DNA of 64,000 nt from Lingula anatina (GCA_051362555.1 CM120647.1:15724651-15788650), one strand, 5' to 3'. Shown: positions 13,678 through 28,231, counted from the first letter of the stretch. Translations and numbers: made by a program. The notes: a model not told the origin generated them from the letters alone.

Positions 13678-15616
13678 CTTGACATTTAATATGGAATATT
13701 TTTTTCGAAATAATTTTTTATCAGTTTTTTCCTATTTTGCGGACTGATAAATGAAAATAAGGATTAAAATCGTGTTTTAATAACTTTAAATTATCTATTT
13801 GATGTCATTGTGACATCAGTTCATTAATGGAATTCGCCAGAGAAACAAACAAAAACACATTGCCTATTCTATGTCATACGACTCCCATTAAAAGAGATAT
13901 TTTGGATCTCCATAGTTTCCAAATTATCGTATGTAAAAGGGTAATACGCTCCACAAAAGACCCTCATGTCAGTTGCTAGTCACAGTAATGGTCGTTGTTA
14001 CGCCTGGCCTCTTCGTGGCTGTTGTCAGCGCTCTCAAGCGGCAAGGCATTTCTTGAGGGTAGGTTTTTAGAGTTCAATCTGGAATAGCATTCTAGGCATC
14101 GGTCTGAAATTGTCCAATCTGGTCCAGTTTTGTTGTAGGACATGTAGGCAGTTGATTGGTGAGTAATGGTCTACCGAAATATTGTCTATGTGGTTCAAAT
14201 GTGGCGATTTTGATGACCAGGGTAGTTGCTCATCCCCTTGGTTCTGTAAGTTATCTGCTATTAAAAGTGCTCTGTGTGAACCTGCAACCTCCTCGTGCAA
14301 CCTAGAATTGTTCCTAAGGTGCCCCCTATCAAATGATAGTCAAGTGGTTCCGAGATTATCCCTTTATTTGATCTGGTTCAGGTTTTCGTCGATGACTACC
14401 ATTGGTGTTTTGGCACCAATGTGGAATCTACTCCAAATACTGACGCTGTCAATCACCCTTGTCACTTTAGACCCGGCATATGCTTCGTCGTAGGCCTCTT
14501 CTGGATATCTGTAAACTCTGTTTTGACTAATTGGGCGTTACAGGTGAAATCTGACCTCAATAAAGAAAGCCACGCAGTTTCAGTGTTCTACCCAGAATCG
14601 TTCATGGCCCCCAATTCATTAGAGAAACAGACGACGATGTTTTGCTGTATACAGTGGGTACCTCGGAGGTCATTAGGTGTTCTTACCTGCTAAAACCAGT
14701 TTGGTGTTCGCTAAGGGCTTTGAAAAACGCATTTTAGTGGCAATTTACTCCTCGTTCTGAACGGACTAAGTGTTTTTTGTTTAGTTGCAGCAGCGTATCC
14801 CGAAAGACAGTGGGTCCTGTACCCTGTAGGTAAAATTTTGATACATTGGGGGTCACCTCTGTGTAGGTACATCAGTCTGGGCATTACTCTATAAAACTGT
14901 GGGGACCGTTCCGTTTGGCGCTATGATCTGTCTGGTGATGTCTGTCTTTTTCGCGCCATTCTGCCTTAGATTAACAAATTTGTAATGCACTTCTTGACTC
15001 ATCTTACGCACTGCACAACTGGCCGCTTGCATGCAAAATTTCAAATTTTTCTATGCAGTAGTTGCTGAAATATGGATACTTTTTTGACAGAACCAAGCTT
15101 TGCCTAAGCCAAGCTTTGATCAGCCCAAAGGAACACTATCCAATTAAATCACTGCAAATTACATAGTGTAGCAGCGCAACATGCATGAAAGTCAGTTAAT
15201 TGGTAGTGACACACATGACTGCATACTTTTACATTCACAAATCTTATATGAAATCGGAGTTATTTTAAAAAAGAACGTATTTTTACCTAGGTATACCTTC
15301 GAAACTGAAATATTCCATATTAAATGTCAAGTCTGTATATATATGATAGAGCCTCGTTAACAAAATTAACGTCATTTACACGTTAACAAAGTTTAGGTCA
15401 TTTCAAAATAAATTTAATAATTGGTGAAATATGTCCCAAATCTCCAGCGGATGTTGACATTCAAATTCTTAACACATTATTCTGCGCGACTATCTGTAAG
15501 TTGTCCAATGCAGAGAAAAAAAATACTCTACATCTCCCATTTTACAATTTCGGCTAATTTTGAAAGAAATCAAATGTTTTGGAACTAAATCGACCACATA
15601 TATTATCTTCTATCTC

Positions 15617-15658
<42 letters not shown>

Positions 15659-16468
15659 AGGTTGCATTCAAAGTTTCATGCCCGTCATACCATATAATTA
15701 TTATTTCAGAAGCCGCCATTCCATGGGCTATCTTTTACCCCCCACAGGAGCCTCTATTCGTCGGTCACGTACCCGCCGATGCTAACCCACCACCAGGTCT
15801 TCCAGGAAGCTATTCTGGCAAAATCTGTATGGTGAGTAGCCTATTTTACATTATAGATAAACTTGTGGACCCAGATATTTTGCCCGCTTTTGCAGGGGGA
15901 GGGGGCATATATCAAAAGCATAACAGGCAATTGTTTATTATAAAATAGCGGACGAATTTTTGTTTTGTAGGTTCATGGGTGAATTCTTCACTTGGCTGTG
16001 TCCCGATTTGTTGTTTATGCTTTGTCTGTGGTACAGGAGGAGGGGGGGCTGTGACCTCTCTGTGCCACCTACATCATAACAGATATGAGTAACCGATGTA
16101 AAGAAACCCAGAGTCCTGACTACAGAGAGCCCACCCTCCATTAGATTCATATAGGTTATCTTGATATGATTTATTGGGGCAAAATCTAGGACTGAAGTAG
16201 CCTGTCTGTAAGGGGAAGTAGACTTCCTATCATAGGGGCTCTCTGGTATATGACACCGGTTAGACGTGACAGAGAGCCCCCCCCCCCCCCCCCCCCCTCA
16301 TGATAGAGCGTCCAGTGCCCAATACATATGCACAGATAAGCCTCGCCCTAGATTTTGACTCACTTATGTCAGGCTATCCCCAACCTGTTTTGTTATATGG
16401 AGTTTGGATCCTCTGTTACACGGACCATCAGATTCGTCATATCGGCCCTAACAGTAGCTAAAACAAGT

Positions 16469-16507
<39 letters not shown>

Positions 16508-16899
16508 TTATGAGGGGTAGGGTATAAAATTGTTATTTTTGACCTGATATCACTGATATCCTATTTAAGGTTAACAACGTTACAGAAAAGGTGAAGGGAC
16601 ACGGGGCATTATGGAATTTGAACTATACAGAATACATCGGAATAGAATAAGAATTATATGCCAAGAGAAATACAGTGGCACGACTTAAACGTAATAGATT
16701 TATAGAACTTGTTTTGATTTTTAACGTTATTTTCATTGAATAGGTTCATGTTGTTGAAATTTAGGGGCAAGGGTATGTTTCAGCTCTTCTTTGACATCTA
16801 TCCATCTATTTTCAGCTCTACTTCACCGACGAATTGTCTGACGATGACATAGGCGATATCCTCGGTCTCTATTCCGGACCAGGAAACTTTCTTCCATAA
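9556..16899 (+). CDS. Copy 1: secreted chitin-binding (ChtBD2-like) + laminin-G-like protein, Pif/LamG3-like, 399 aa
   Basis: Coding exons 9556-9619, 9839-10126, 10366-10416, 11077-11220, 12044-12172, 12426-12628, 12986-13100, 15710-15831, 16816-16899. All introns are GT-AG with consistent phases; total 1200 nt, open to TAA. Signal peptide MKIILVCLALFGATYA; DCAFFWQC...CPIGTLW motif; PPPVSTTTEAPP linker; FNGTGGLQIPYFKN and PLFVG...YSGKICMLYF LamG-type motifs. Non-coding exon 1 ends at 8971; AATAAA at 17217. Confidence 0.88.
10873..11042. mobile_element. Short hAT-like MITE in intron 4 of copy 1
   Basis: Ends CAGGGGCGGAT...ATCCGCCCCTG; not seen in the homologous intron of other copies; a related element lies at about 54161-54404. 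Confidence 0.55.
13674..15335 (-). mobile_element. Decayed Tc1-like DNA transposon (about 1.66 kb), insertion A, intron 8 of copy 1
   Basis: Terminal inverted repeats CAGACTTGACATTTAATATGGAATATTT at both ends, flanked by TA/(TA)n. Minus-strand remnant HRALLIADNL...LPWSSKSPHLNHIDN resembles the Tc1 WPxxSPDLNPIE motif. Confidence 0.9.
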
Positions 16900-17299
16900 T
16901 AATGGCCGACGCTAATCACAAAGGACCGCAAGCAGGACGAGAAGCGGAGATAATCTCATTTCGCAGAAACAAAAACACCCGAGAACATATATATATATAT
17001 TTATATGTGCATTGCATCTTATATTATAGGACTCTTTAAGTTCCAATGATGATTTTTGATAATCGGATGTTGAAGTGGATTCCATAAGTTACTGTGTGAT
17101 TGTTTGATGCGTTTCTTGTTGCTGGAATGATTTGATTTTACGGTTATGATGTCTTAATTTATGAACGTAATGTTCCCGTAGTTCCATAGACAATTCCTGT
17201 ATTAAAGGAAAACATTAATAAACTTCAGAAGCATGTCAAAATAGTTTTTAACTTTTTTTATTAATATCCGATTGTGCGCGGGCACCCGTGTGTGAGGTG

Positions 17300-17348
<49 letters not shown>

Positions 17349-18276
17349 TTGAGTGTGGATTAGTGGATAAATAATACTTTGTTTGGTGGGTATCTATCGG
17401 AGATACCGTGCTAATTGTTTTTTTCCCCCGTTTCCTAAGGTTATGTAAAAGTGCAAATTCACATGCTATCATAATATCAATGTTCCATCCAACTGGTCCA
17501 CTCTCGTTTCAATACCACGTTTTTTCAATAAGACATAATTTGAACATTTAATTCAAGTAAAAGAAAATGCGATTAGTTAAGCAAAATGCAAGGCCTGAAT
17601 TTATATCAAATTTTCGTGATTATTTTAGCTCCCCACAAGGTACAAGACCTGTCTCCCTCCTCCCCATTTGTTGAAACTGTGTAGATATCGCACGCGGGAG
17701 CTGTTCATTTCCCATAATCTAACGAGAAGCGAAGTTTCTAATTCCTATGTGAAATAATGACGAGCTCGAGGTTACTGGATATTTATTTTTAAAAACAGAC
17801 ATTGTTTAACTCATTCATCGCATATGCTAAGTAAGAAAGATTGAGTATTCTGAATTTACTTTACACGGTAAATTTTAATTTACACGGTTGGAACAGTGGT
17901 TGTTATTGGAATAACTGATATCTCTCCCTCCTGCCGCATGCCGCAAATTTCGGACGGAGCATTAAATGCCGAAATATACTTACAAATTCACTGAATAGTC
18001 ATTACAACTCATCCTTCACCATTAAGACATCGTCCTGATATATTTTATTTTATTTTTATAAATTCATATATCTACCAGTATGGATATTCAAAACAAATTA
18101 AATTAGTTTGGTAACTTGAGATCGTGTGGTGTCTTTCTCAATCTCTGTTTCTGAGCACAAATTAAACCGATTAAGCTGTTAACGGATAGGAAGAGTTTCC
18201 AAACTGTCACGAGAGAACAGTCTGTGATATTACCCTCCCATTAATCTCTCGAACCTTAAGTCTTGCGAACAAAAAA

Positions 18277-18332
<56 letters not shown>

Positions 18333-20074
18333 CAATGTGGGAGCGCAAGTTAACACTTTGAATTAAGTAACTGAATGAAATGAAATCATACCCCATTGCT
18401 ATTACTTGAATGCCCAAGCCAGTGAAAAAAATCCCAAACAAATATGTACGTTTATTAACTGCTTCACGGTTCAAATGACAAATATTTCAAAGACCATAAT
18501 GAAAGCTAAAGGAAACATCAAATATCCGTCTAATACTGTCTACAATTATTTATTTGATATGAAAATGTTAATTGACTATACACAAGTTATGAGTACTATA
18601 TAATTGAGTAGTATCCATGCCATTGGCCAAATTATCGTTGCTGCCTCATAACAGACACTAATGATACTGAATGCTGTTTATTGACAGGTAATGTTCACAC
18701 TACATATACTGCTCATAAGTTAATTATTTATATCTATAAGACAAAAAGTATTAATTCACAACGATATTGTTAGCGTGAACTTTGTATACCGTCAAAAAAT
18801 CAACTGCGTTACAATGTCTCAAACAGATCAGGTTACCTGATTTCCTAGGTATAAATATTCCCTAACTACTGCATATACAAACATCAACATATTAATATTG
18901 GATTTTGATAAAGGTACAAAAATAAATAGGCTTCTCAAAATCGAAATACTAACCGTATTGAGCACTTGTTGTAGAAAGACCTGGATCGACTTTGTCAAGC
19001 TTTCCAGGCAGAACGGGACGATTAAACATAAAACAGGTTTGTGAAAGGTTTTTATACGCGTACAGTGCCACTTGTAAGGGATAATTGCAGTGAGCGGAAG
19101 TAAACACTCGTGCAATTAGACACGTGTCTTGATGCTAATTCTGTGCAAATTTGGTGAATTGGGTGGAGTTTTTTTATTTTAATGGACATATTTTTACTAT
19201 GTCTATGGCAATCACTGTAGAATATCAAAATAAGCTGAGGTGTCCATATTCAAAGTGTGAGTAAATCATAAATATATTGGCATCTACACCGGTACCTCTT
19301 TCTCTGTACTGTAAGCATGTTACATGTACATACAAATTCGGAATAAATTTAACAATGTACAGCATCGTACGCGTATGATTCATAAACAAACACAAAGGAA
19401 ATTGTGGGTGTGGCTACTTTTTGATAAATAGTACAATTAGTAAAGATTAATTTGAATGTTTGTTTAATATTGTCAAATGGGGAATCTCTCCTTAAAAAGA
19501 GCGGCGTGTGCTGCTGTATTTTCTTGTATAATGTACACAGTTAACAAAGGATGTCGTTGTGTACGTATATTTGACACACACACACATTCGTACACCAATG
19601 TGTCTCATCATAAATGGATGTGGTGTACGTATACAAGTGCACCTCGACCATGGTCCATACACATTTAAATTGCGGTTTTCTTTACAGGGTGGTGACGTAG
19701 ATTTATTCAACTGAACAGGTAACGCTAAATATATGTGCATAACATAATACAAATGGTATCAAACAACTGAATTATATCATAATAAATTTCATTATCGGAC
19801 CATCCTTTTGTCTCGCCCATATGCAATATGAAATAAAATGACATGTGGCTTATGAAATCTGCCAGTCGCAGTGCATTGTTTAAGAGGAATATTTTCATTT
19901 TATTGTATCATTAATTTGTTAGAACGTCTAGTGTAAGCTCAATTTCATTTTAGGCCATAATGTTTAAAATATGATCGCAAATAGTCAGAAGGAATTTTAA
20001 CACCGCTGACCCCTGCCAAAAGGACATGCCCAAATGAAAAAGATATTCTAAAAAGCTGCATTAATTATTTTGAA

Positions 20075-20279
20075 ATTAACAATTGAAATTGGCGTCGACC
20101 GCAATGTTTGTCTCTTGACAGCCATAGAGACACCAGACGTAATAGAATAACGCGCATTAATTACGTAAATATTAATATTCTTCTTACTTGAATAAGTCGC
20201 AGAGGAAGATAAAAGAGGTGAGACGCTCCATTAGACTATCACACTGCTTCCTGGCCGTGGACGGGTTCACAGCTGAAAG
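20075..20279 (+). promoter_or_regulatory. Promoter and non-coding exon 1 of copy 2
   Basis: GATAAAAG at 20208, TCACACT at 20239, donor GTAAG at 20280; homologous to the copy 1 block. Confidence 0.7.
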
Positions 20280-20813
20280 GTAAGGTGGAATAGTTAGACC
20301 AGACAACTTCAGGTCTCGACCAGAAATTAAAATTTACAGGGAAGTCCACTATGGCCTTCTTCTTTTCGTGTTTATTTTTATATATTGGTACTTTTGTATT
20401 AAAGACATAGAGAGTTGGGAGGAGGGGGAATAAGGTGTTTCTGTCCCCTACTGATAAGAATACCGGTGTCAGGGAACATGTATTTCAATACGATAAATAC
20501 TACTCGTTAAAACGAGTCTGGTCTGGATTGTGTATCTTACCCGTGATGAAAAGAAATATTAAAATGATCCGATTTGATATAAGCGCGTATTCTGTACACA
20601 ATTTTAATTGAATTTGGTTAAAATTACGCTTATTAAATAGATACTAAGGAATGCTGCAACAAATCTATCCATTTGGTAATCGTTTTCATTAATTTCTTTT
20701 TAGTATGAGTAAGATATATCTGTTTTAGAAAATGGACGAAATCATGGTTTCTCTTTCAGCGAAGACTGGGTGCCGTCTAAATGATAGTTTTTTGTTGCTG
20801 TTTCCAGATCACA

Positions 20814-21002
20814 ATGAAGATTGTACTTGTGTGTCTAGCGCTGGTCTGCGCTACCTACGCTCAGCATTTATCGAGGGGTAAGAAAGCTGGCAAGAGCCGT
20901 TTTCACCTAGCGATTTGTCATTTAAATGAGCGAACCGCATTTTCATGCTACATGTTCTATGTAATAAAATTGTGCAGTTCATGAAGTAATATACAAGTAA
21001 TC

Positions 21003-21039
<37 letters not shown>

Positions 21040-22435
21040 TAATTTTATTTCATTTTTAGAGGAAGCAAGGAACCGATGCATTGTTGACAAACCGGACGTG
21101 TCTCAAGGTGTCGCCTACGTCGCCGACATTGACTGCGCCTTTTACTGGCAGTGCGACTTCGTCTACACCCTACTGAAAAATGTCACCCTAAAGCAATGCG
21201 CCATCGGATCGTTATGGGCCTCCATGGCGTATCCAGCACCCCCACCGGCGGGCGAAGAAGCCGTTGTTTGTGTCAGCTGCGAGCAACAGCCCGATCAGCT
21301 ATGTCGTGATAAGTACCTCCCCCTCGGGAAGACTGAACAGTGCCCCGTGTGTACGTATCATATCACCTTAAACTATTTTTATACCATCTAACAAGGTCAC
21401 AAGGATAATTTGTATAGTCGTTATTCGCTCACGGAGATATCTCGGCCTATTCTGTCCCATTTTTAAGGAGAGTTTTTCGCAAAAAATATAGATAAATAGA
21501 TAAAATAGAAAAAATGAATAAAAAAAACGGCCTTACAACTTTGGTGTCTGGTACCGAAAACATTTAACCAATGCCAACAATTAAGGACATTTTTTGGAAA
21601 GATGATATAATTGTGATAAACAGTTGTTCAAAGGAAAATTGGTGATGCACTTTTAGCCACATTCGAGCCCCTTTTTACCTTTTGAAACATATCATTCAAT
21701 TTGTTTGTTCATTATCACAATTTGTCTTGGTGGAGGTTCATCCTCTCTTGGTGAGCATAATTATTATGTTTAAGCTTTTAGTATGTTTTAACAATGTCAT
21801 ATTAATATATTATATTATATTATATTATATTATATTATATTATATTATATTATATTATATTTCAGATACAACGCCTCCACCAACTACAACGGAAGCACCA
21901 CCACCTCTTGGATCAAGTAAGTTATTTCAATAATCAGTTCATTAAGTTATAAGTTCAGGTACATAGATAGCCATTAAGTGGGTATTTATTTTGAAAACAT
22001 TTTATTTGTCTGAAGTTCCAAGTGTACAATCCTTTCATTTTAATTTGTATTGGGTGAAGATACCAGTAAACTTACAGATGTGGTCTTAACTTAACATTTA
22101 TTTCAAAACATCTACACTGATAATCAAGGCTGAAAAAATATCCGGAAAACTTATATTGAAAACTTTGAGCCATTACAAGGCGTGAAAGGAATGGAAATTC
22201 TAGGATTGGAAGTCCGGGATCCCATGCGATTAGTACAGGTTAGGGTTAGTCAGAGTACTGGGATTAGTATATGGGACGAATGTCCACTGTACAAAGGTCT
22301 CCGGTTCCTAAATTTAAATTTAAATTTAAAAAGCACTAACTTAAGGATTTTCTTGTTATCATTACTATTTTATATATTTTTATTCATGTTTCACTTTTAA
22401 GAGCTCTACAAATATTAAAATTTCAGAGACATTTT

Positions 22436-22469
<34 letters not shown>

Positions 22470-25224
22470 CATATAGGCTGTAGCACTGTCACAACCTACG
22501 TTACGAATTTTATTTTAATGTGCTATAATTCAAAAATTATTTTTAAAAAATACTTTTAAGATAACTCTAAAACCAAATTCTTACAGCTGTGGCACTGCCA
22601 CAATCTATGTTTATGGGACCTTGGGGCTGGAGAATCCATACACTTAAGTAATAATGTAACAGTTTAAATGTATTTGTGATATACTTGTGTGATATCCGTA
22701 AGAAGGCTGATTATTATTTTAATTTTTGAAAATGATGTATCCTTAATTCCAGAGAAGTGTACTCTCATGCCTCAGAAATTGGCATACCAAGAAATTATAG
22801 GAGAAGAAACCAAAGTATGGTACCTGAACGCGAATGAAACGCTTGACTGTGGACATCTTATCTTTAATTTTAACATTTGTCGTTGTGACGGAAAGCGTAA
22901 GTTCTATAACTTTGTATTTCAACGAGTAATAAATCGATTAAGGATATATACAGTGTTATTATCAATATTGGAGTAAAACTACCTTTACAGATTTTTTTTA
23001 TTTTAGGAGGAAAGAAAACAACAAAGGTTTGTAACTGGTATACATTTAACACTAAATATTCTAATAAAAATAGCCTTATCACTTCTGCGAACGGAGCAGG
23101 TTGTTGTTGTTGCAGTTGCATCATGAACATTGTATCTCCATTTTCACAAAATTTGATTAAATTTTGAGGATAGTCACTTCAATAAAGGGAAAGAAGTGGT
23201 CATACTTCCGTCTCTTCATTCTTGTCCTCTAATATTAAAAAAAACTTGTGTTGAGAAATTGCCTTTGAATTGCTCTGTTGTTTAGTTTAAATTTTACTCT
23301 GCGTCATTTTTATTCAGATGATTCATAGCTGAATCAGTGATTTCAAGGTATATAAAGATTGCTGAGAGGTTCCACTGAAATAATTTTGGGCATCAGCTCA
23401 GTTGCTTCCTATATGTTATGTCTACTATCATTTCAGCTGAGTTTCCAGGTCGGTGGAATTTTGATGTGAACTTGAACTCGGACAACAACAGACTTTACGC
23501 CGCCAATGAACCAGTGGGCACAGTAGGATTGTCGGTAATAGAGCCAGGATGCGCCGAGTTTAACGGATCAGGTAAAAGGATGTATTTTTAATTAATTTAT
23601 TTATTTATATCTATCTAGTTATTTTTAATTATGTAATTATTAGTAACTGATTTAGCTTCTTAGTATTCAACTTACTTATTTATTTACTTTTTTATTTACT
23701 TTTTACTACTTCTAAATACTTTCTTATTGACCATAATAAATTTATTTTGTTCATAGTATTCGAAAACCTTTTAATTGATTTTCAATACAATTAATTACAA
23801 CAGTTTGGTCTCTTATTTTCAAGGCGGACTTCAAATCCCATACTTTAAGAACATGCGTCCTCGGGACAGCTGGCTAACTGCAGTTGTCTTCAACAGAGAG
23901 GGGTCCCAGGATGCTGTTCTTCTTTACGGGTGCATTACCATCTCCATAAGCGGTGATGTAATCTCAGCGTCTGTTGTAATCAGGAACCCCCTAGCCCAGG
24001 AAGTTCCCTTGACAGTCACAAACGATGTGCGTTTATTCATATATCTCATTTATTGAACTGTGTTTTATATATTTAATAGTACCTCATTAGGGAGTACATG
24101 TACCAATGACAATCATTTAACTGGTAAAGAGACAGCATCCCTGGCCTGGGTGTGACTATAAAGGCCAAGGTCAGTGGTCATATCCTCAAAACAGTACAAT
24201 AACTGCCTCCCTTTTTAAAGAGTAGTTTATATTTTTTATGAATCCATTGGTAGCACATCAATGCAGTAGGAGCACCCACACAAGTATCTACGCATGAATT
24301 GAACAATGAATAAATAAATGAATAGATAAATTGACAAAAGGATCTCATAGGCGAATGATTGAAGACTAATTTGAAACATATGAATTATTTAATATGAGTT
24401 TTGTATCATTGCAGGCACCAGGGGCCGGGTATGTACTGGTGATCTTGAGATGGAATGGCAAGGTCTTAACCCTCACCGTATACGCCGGAGACGCCGCATA
24501 CGAGAGTTTTGTTATAGCACCAATTGGTATGCATGGTTTACCTATTGGGTTTTATCTTAGAAGTGTTATATCATGTTATTATATTACAAATCCCTCATAA
24601 AGTAAGGGATTACTATAACTATGGTATACTAAATCTAACAGATAATGACTTCACTACTAAACAATCAGCGATTTACTAAATACAACTGATATACCCGGGT
24701 ATTAATTTCAAAAATGTGCATCTCTTTAATTTTACTTTACTTTCAGTTCCAGACCACGATTTCAAATGGTCTATTGTTTGTTTACCACAAGAACCTCTCT
24801 TCGTCGGTTATGTGCCGCCCACGTACAACGTACCAGGTCTCCCAGGAAGCTTTTCTGGCAATATTTGTTTGGTGAGTATATACATGTATCACATGGGACA
24901 CCCTGTCCCAAAATCTCCCCCGAGAAAGATATAAAACAGCAGAAGAGGAGGGTATTATAGTGAAATGTACCAGTATGGAACATGGTTCAAGACATATTTT
25001 GTCGCGTTTTTGCTGTTCATAGTGCATTTTGCCATGGCATGCGGACAACTAAGACTGATGAGAAAAAAAGCCAAGCGCAAGAGATACTGCGGGTATGTGC
25101 TCCTTTCGTAACCTTTCTTTTATCTTTTTTTCAGCTCTACTTTACCGACAAAGTGTATGATAACGCCGAGCCTGCAAGAGTAGATGTCATGGCCGATTAC
25201 TCCGGACCAGCAATCGGATATTAG
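20814..25224 (+). CDS. Copy 2: Pif/LamG3-like secreted chitin-binding + LamG protein, 404 aa
   Basis: Coding exons 20814-20877, 21060-21350, 21866-21916, 22753-22896, 23437-23571, 23824-24026, 24415-24526, 24747-24871, 25135-25224 (1215 nt, open frame, same intron phases as copy 1). Non-coding exon 1 ends at 20279; AATAAA at 25512. Confidence 0.88.
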
Positions 25225-25266
25225 GTGACGATCGATAAAGACGACAGATCCCCACCAAAGCAAGAA

Positions 25267-25320
<54 letters not shown>

Positions 25321-25664
25321 GACTCATTAGTTCCAATGATGATTTTTTGATATTCGGATGTAGAACTGGATTCCGTAAAAAAAGAAGCTTGTTTGATACG
25401 TTTCTTCTAGCTGGAGAGATTTGTTTTGCGATGATGCTGATGTGATCACATTTGAACGCCATGTTCTCGTAGTCCAATAGACATAACATCCTGCGATGTA
25501 AAGCAATTTAGAATAAACTTAGGACGCATTTCAAAATATAGTTTGTACGCTTTATGATTTCCTTTTGTGCAGTCTGTGTTTTTGAGGGAGAGAATGAGGG
25601 AGAGGGAAGAGAGAGAAAGAGAGATAAACTGTAGAAGTTGAGAGATAATTGTAAGTAAATGTAA

Positions 25665-25700
<36 letters not shown>

Positions 25701-25947
25701 ATGGTTTCATTCGGAGGTACCTGTATACAAAACCAATTATGACGTCAGCATTTTAATGATGCTTCGATTTCCCTTAATATTACCCATTACAACTTTATTT
25801 TCAAAATATGATTAAAGCACTCTCCTGTCAAAAGACAATAGGTCGCGCCGTGCTTTATTTCGTGTAAAGTCACGTCATCCAGGAATGCGTTCTACGCACC
25901 AATGCACAGGGTTAATTACTCGTGCTTTAAGCCAGATAAAGCACTCG

Positions 25948-26033
25948 GCGCTGAGCTTTACGAGAAATAGAGCAGATAATTGTCTCGGCTCGCCTCGCCA
26001 ATTATCTGCTCTATTTCTCGTAAAGCTCAGCGC
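25948..26033. repeat. Perfect 35-bp inverted repeat with a 16-nt loop
   Basis: GCGCTGAGCTTTACGAGAAATAGAGCAGATAATTG (25948-25982) pairs exactly with 25999-26033. Confidence 0.85.
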
Positions 26034-28231
26034 TTCGTACTTTATCTATACCTTAATGATATCTGAACAAAACGGCAATGATCTATGACAGATAATGCAA
26101 CCCACATTTATAATGATGCTGAAAACTTAATCGACTTTTTATATTCAATTTCGTCTAAAGTCAAAAGGCGAATGTAACACAACAACTGCGCATTATCTGA
26201 TTTTTACCCCACACCTTGTACCTGCATGACCTGAACTGGGGCTAACACGTAAAAGTTAAAGCGCTTTTTTTTCAAACTGATAGATTTATGGATGTCACAA
26301 GTGCTGTACAGGGTATTCGGTTCAACTCAGAAATGGGGGTGGAGAGGGAAAATGCTCGCAATTTGATATACTCTATAAAAGAATCTTTTAGCAAAACAAA
26401 TGAACAAGTTTATAAGCAAGTTCTTGGTCAGGTTTCGTGACAGAGGCCAGCAATTTGGTGAAAAACCATGTCTCTTCACTTGGTAGCATGAAAATTGGCA
26501 CCTTTGTAGAGAACGGGATTCCGAGCAATTTCGGATTTCTAAAAATAAACAGTGTATCCACAATGTGGCCGCTACAAATACCGTTTCGAGAAGAAATTTA
26601 AACCACATAGTTTTGTAATGGCTCACGATATCATTTAATAGTCAGAAATTAAAATACCACGGTTTGAATGAAGTATCAATATGTAGTTATTTACGTGTAT
26701 AAGATCAAAACGGCCCCCAAAAGAATAAATAGCAGTCCACTAATTCAAGTGTGAATATTTTTGGTTATGCTTTCATCAGCTTTCTCAGAATTTGCTGAAA
26801 ACTATGCATACCTCATGTATAGCCATCTTGTGTGCATTTTGGTTTCACGCCTTTAATTCCCTGTATATAGTTTGTCCTTTCAAAGAAAAGAATTTAAAAA
26901 AAAATATCATGTCCAATTTGCCATAAATAATTTTCTTTAGCATGCTGTTTCTTTTAGCAGCCGTTTTGAAAATATGTGTGAAAACAGAATTTTCAGGGCA
27001 TACTATAGCCATGTTTCATAATTATGACATTTTTGTCCATTCAAAAACTTCACCATTAAATTATCATCTAGATACCACAAGTGAGTTTTTTTTCCTGCAT
27101 CTAATTATTCAATAAAGCAACTATCTTTGTGCTGATTTAAAACAATGAAAAAAACCCTCCGAAGTATAAAATATTGGCGTTTATATTTCTGTCGTTTCAA
27201 TGTGTAAGCATAGGCAACTCAAAGCTTTAATTGTCAATTTAACACCTATTTTAACACTATTTTGACTTTTTTCTATATTTAACACTATTTTGAGGTGAGG
27301 TAGCAATCGATATGCGCTTGCCGTAACTTCAGCCCTGAACAAGATTTTATCATGAAAATTGGCAGAGTTGACCAGGAGTGTATATGCTACAATCCATTAA
27401 TGTCATTCTGGTTTAAATGTTTTTGTTATTGAGTTATGCGTCCCTTATTACAGATTTTCATTAAACAATGACATTAGTTTGTTTTATCAACGATAAAATC
27501 TGTACTAAGACTTTAAAGAAAAATCGCTGGCAAGGTTTTGGAGTACTAAATGGTGTCATTAAGTTGGCGTTGAAATGGTGATCGTGGGTGCTCAGGTAAA
27601 AGAGAGATTTGATAAATCGATTTTTCAGTGTTTACCCCCAAATCGCAATTATGACGTGATCTGTAAGATGATATACATGTGTATGTGTAAATGTTAATTA
27701 ATTTAGCCACTGAACACTGAAGATATATTTATTTTCCTAAAGAATGTATAAAAGGCAGTAGATAAGGAGTCTGGGACGAAGGGTGACCATATCCTTAAGA
27801 AATGCTTCTATAAATCAATGCGCTGCTCACAAGTTCCAAGCCCTTATTCTTTTCCAATTGCTGAAACTCTGTACACATCGTACTAGTGAGATTTTCATTT
27901 CCCATTATTACAAAAAGCGAAGGTTTGAGTTTCTGTGTGGAAAGACGCTGTGTGGAAAGAGCTTGAAGTTGTGAAAGTTATTGGACAGTTATGAAAGGGC
28001 GAACGTCGTTTAACTTAATTATTTATCCCAGCAGTGTGGGAAGGCAAAACCATGGGTTATTTAATGCAGTTTATTCTTACAGCTAGAAGAAAAAAATTAA
28101 CCTATTATGTCAAAGTTGCCAACTGAGAAAATAAACACACCATTAGCTAAGCCTTTCGCGTATGGAGCAATGTGGAAGCGGCGCGCATGTTAACAGTTTG
28201 AAGAAAGTTATTAAACGAACGGCAAGCATAC

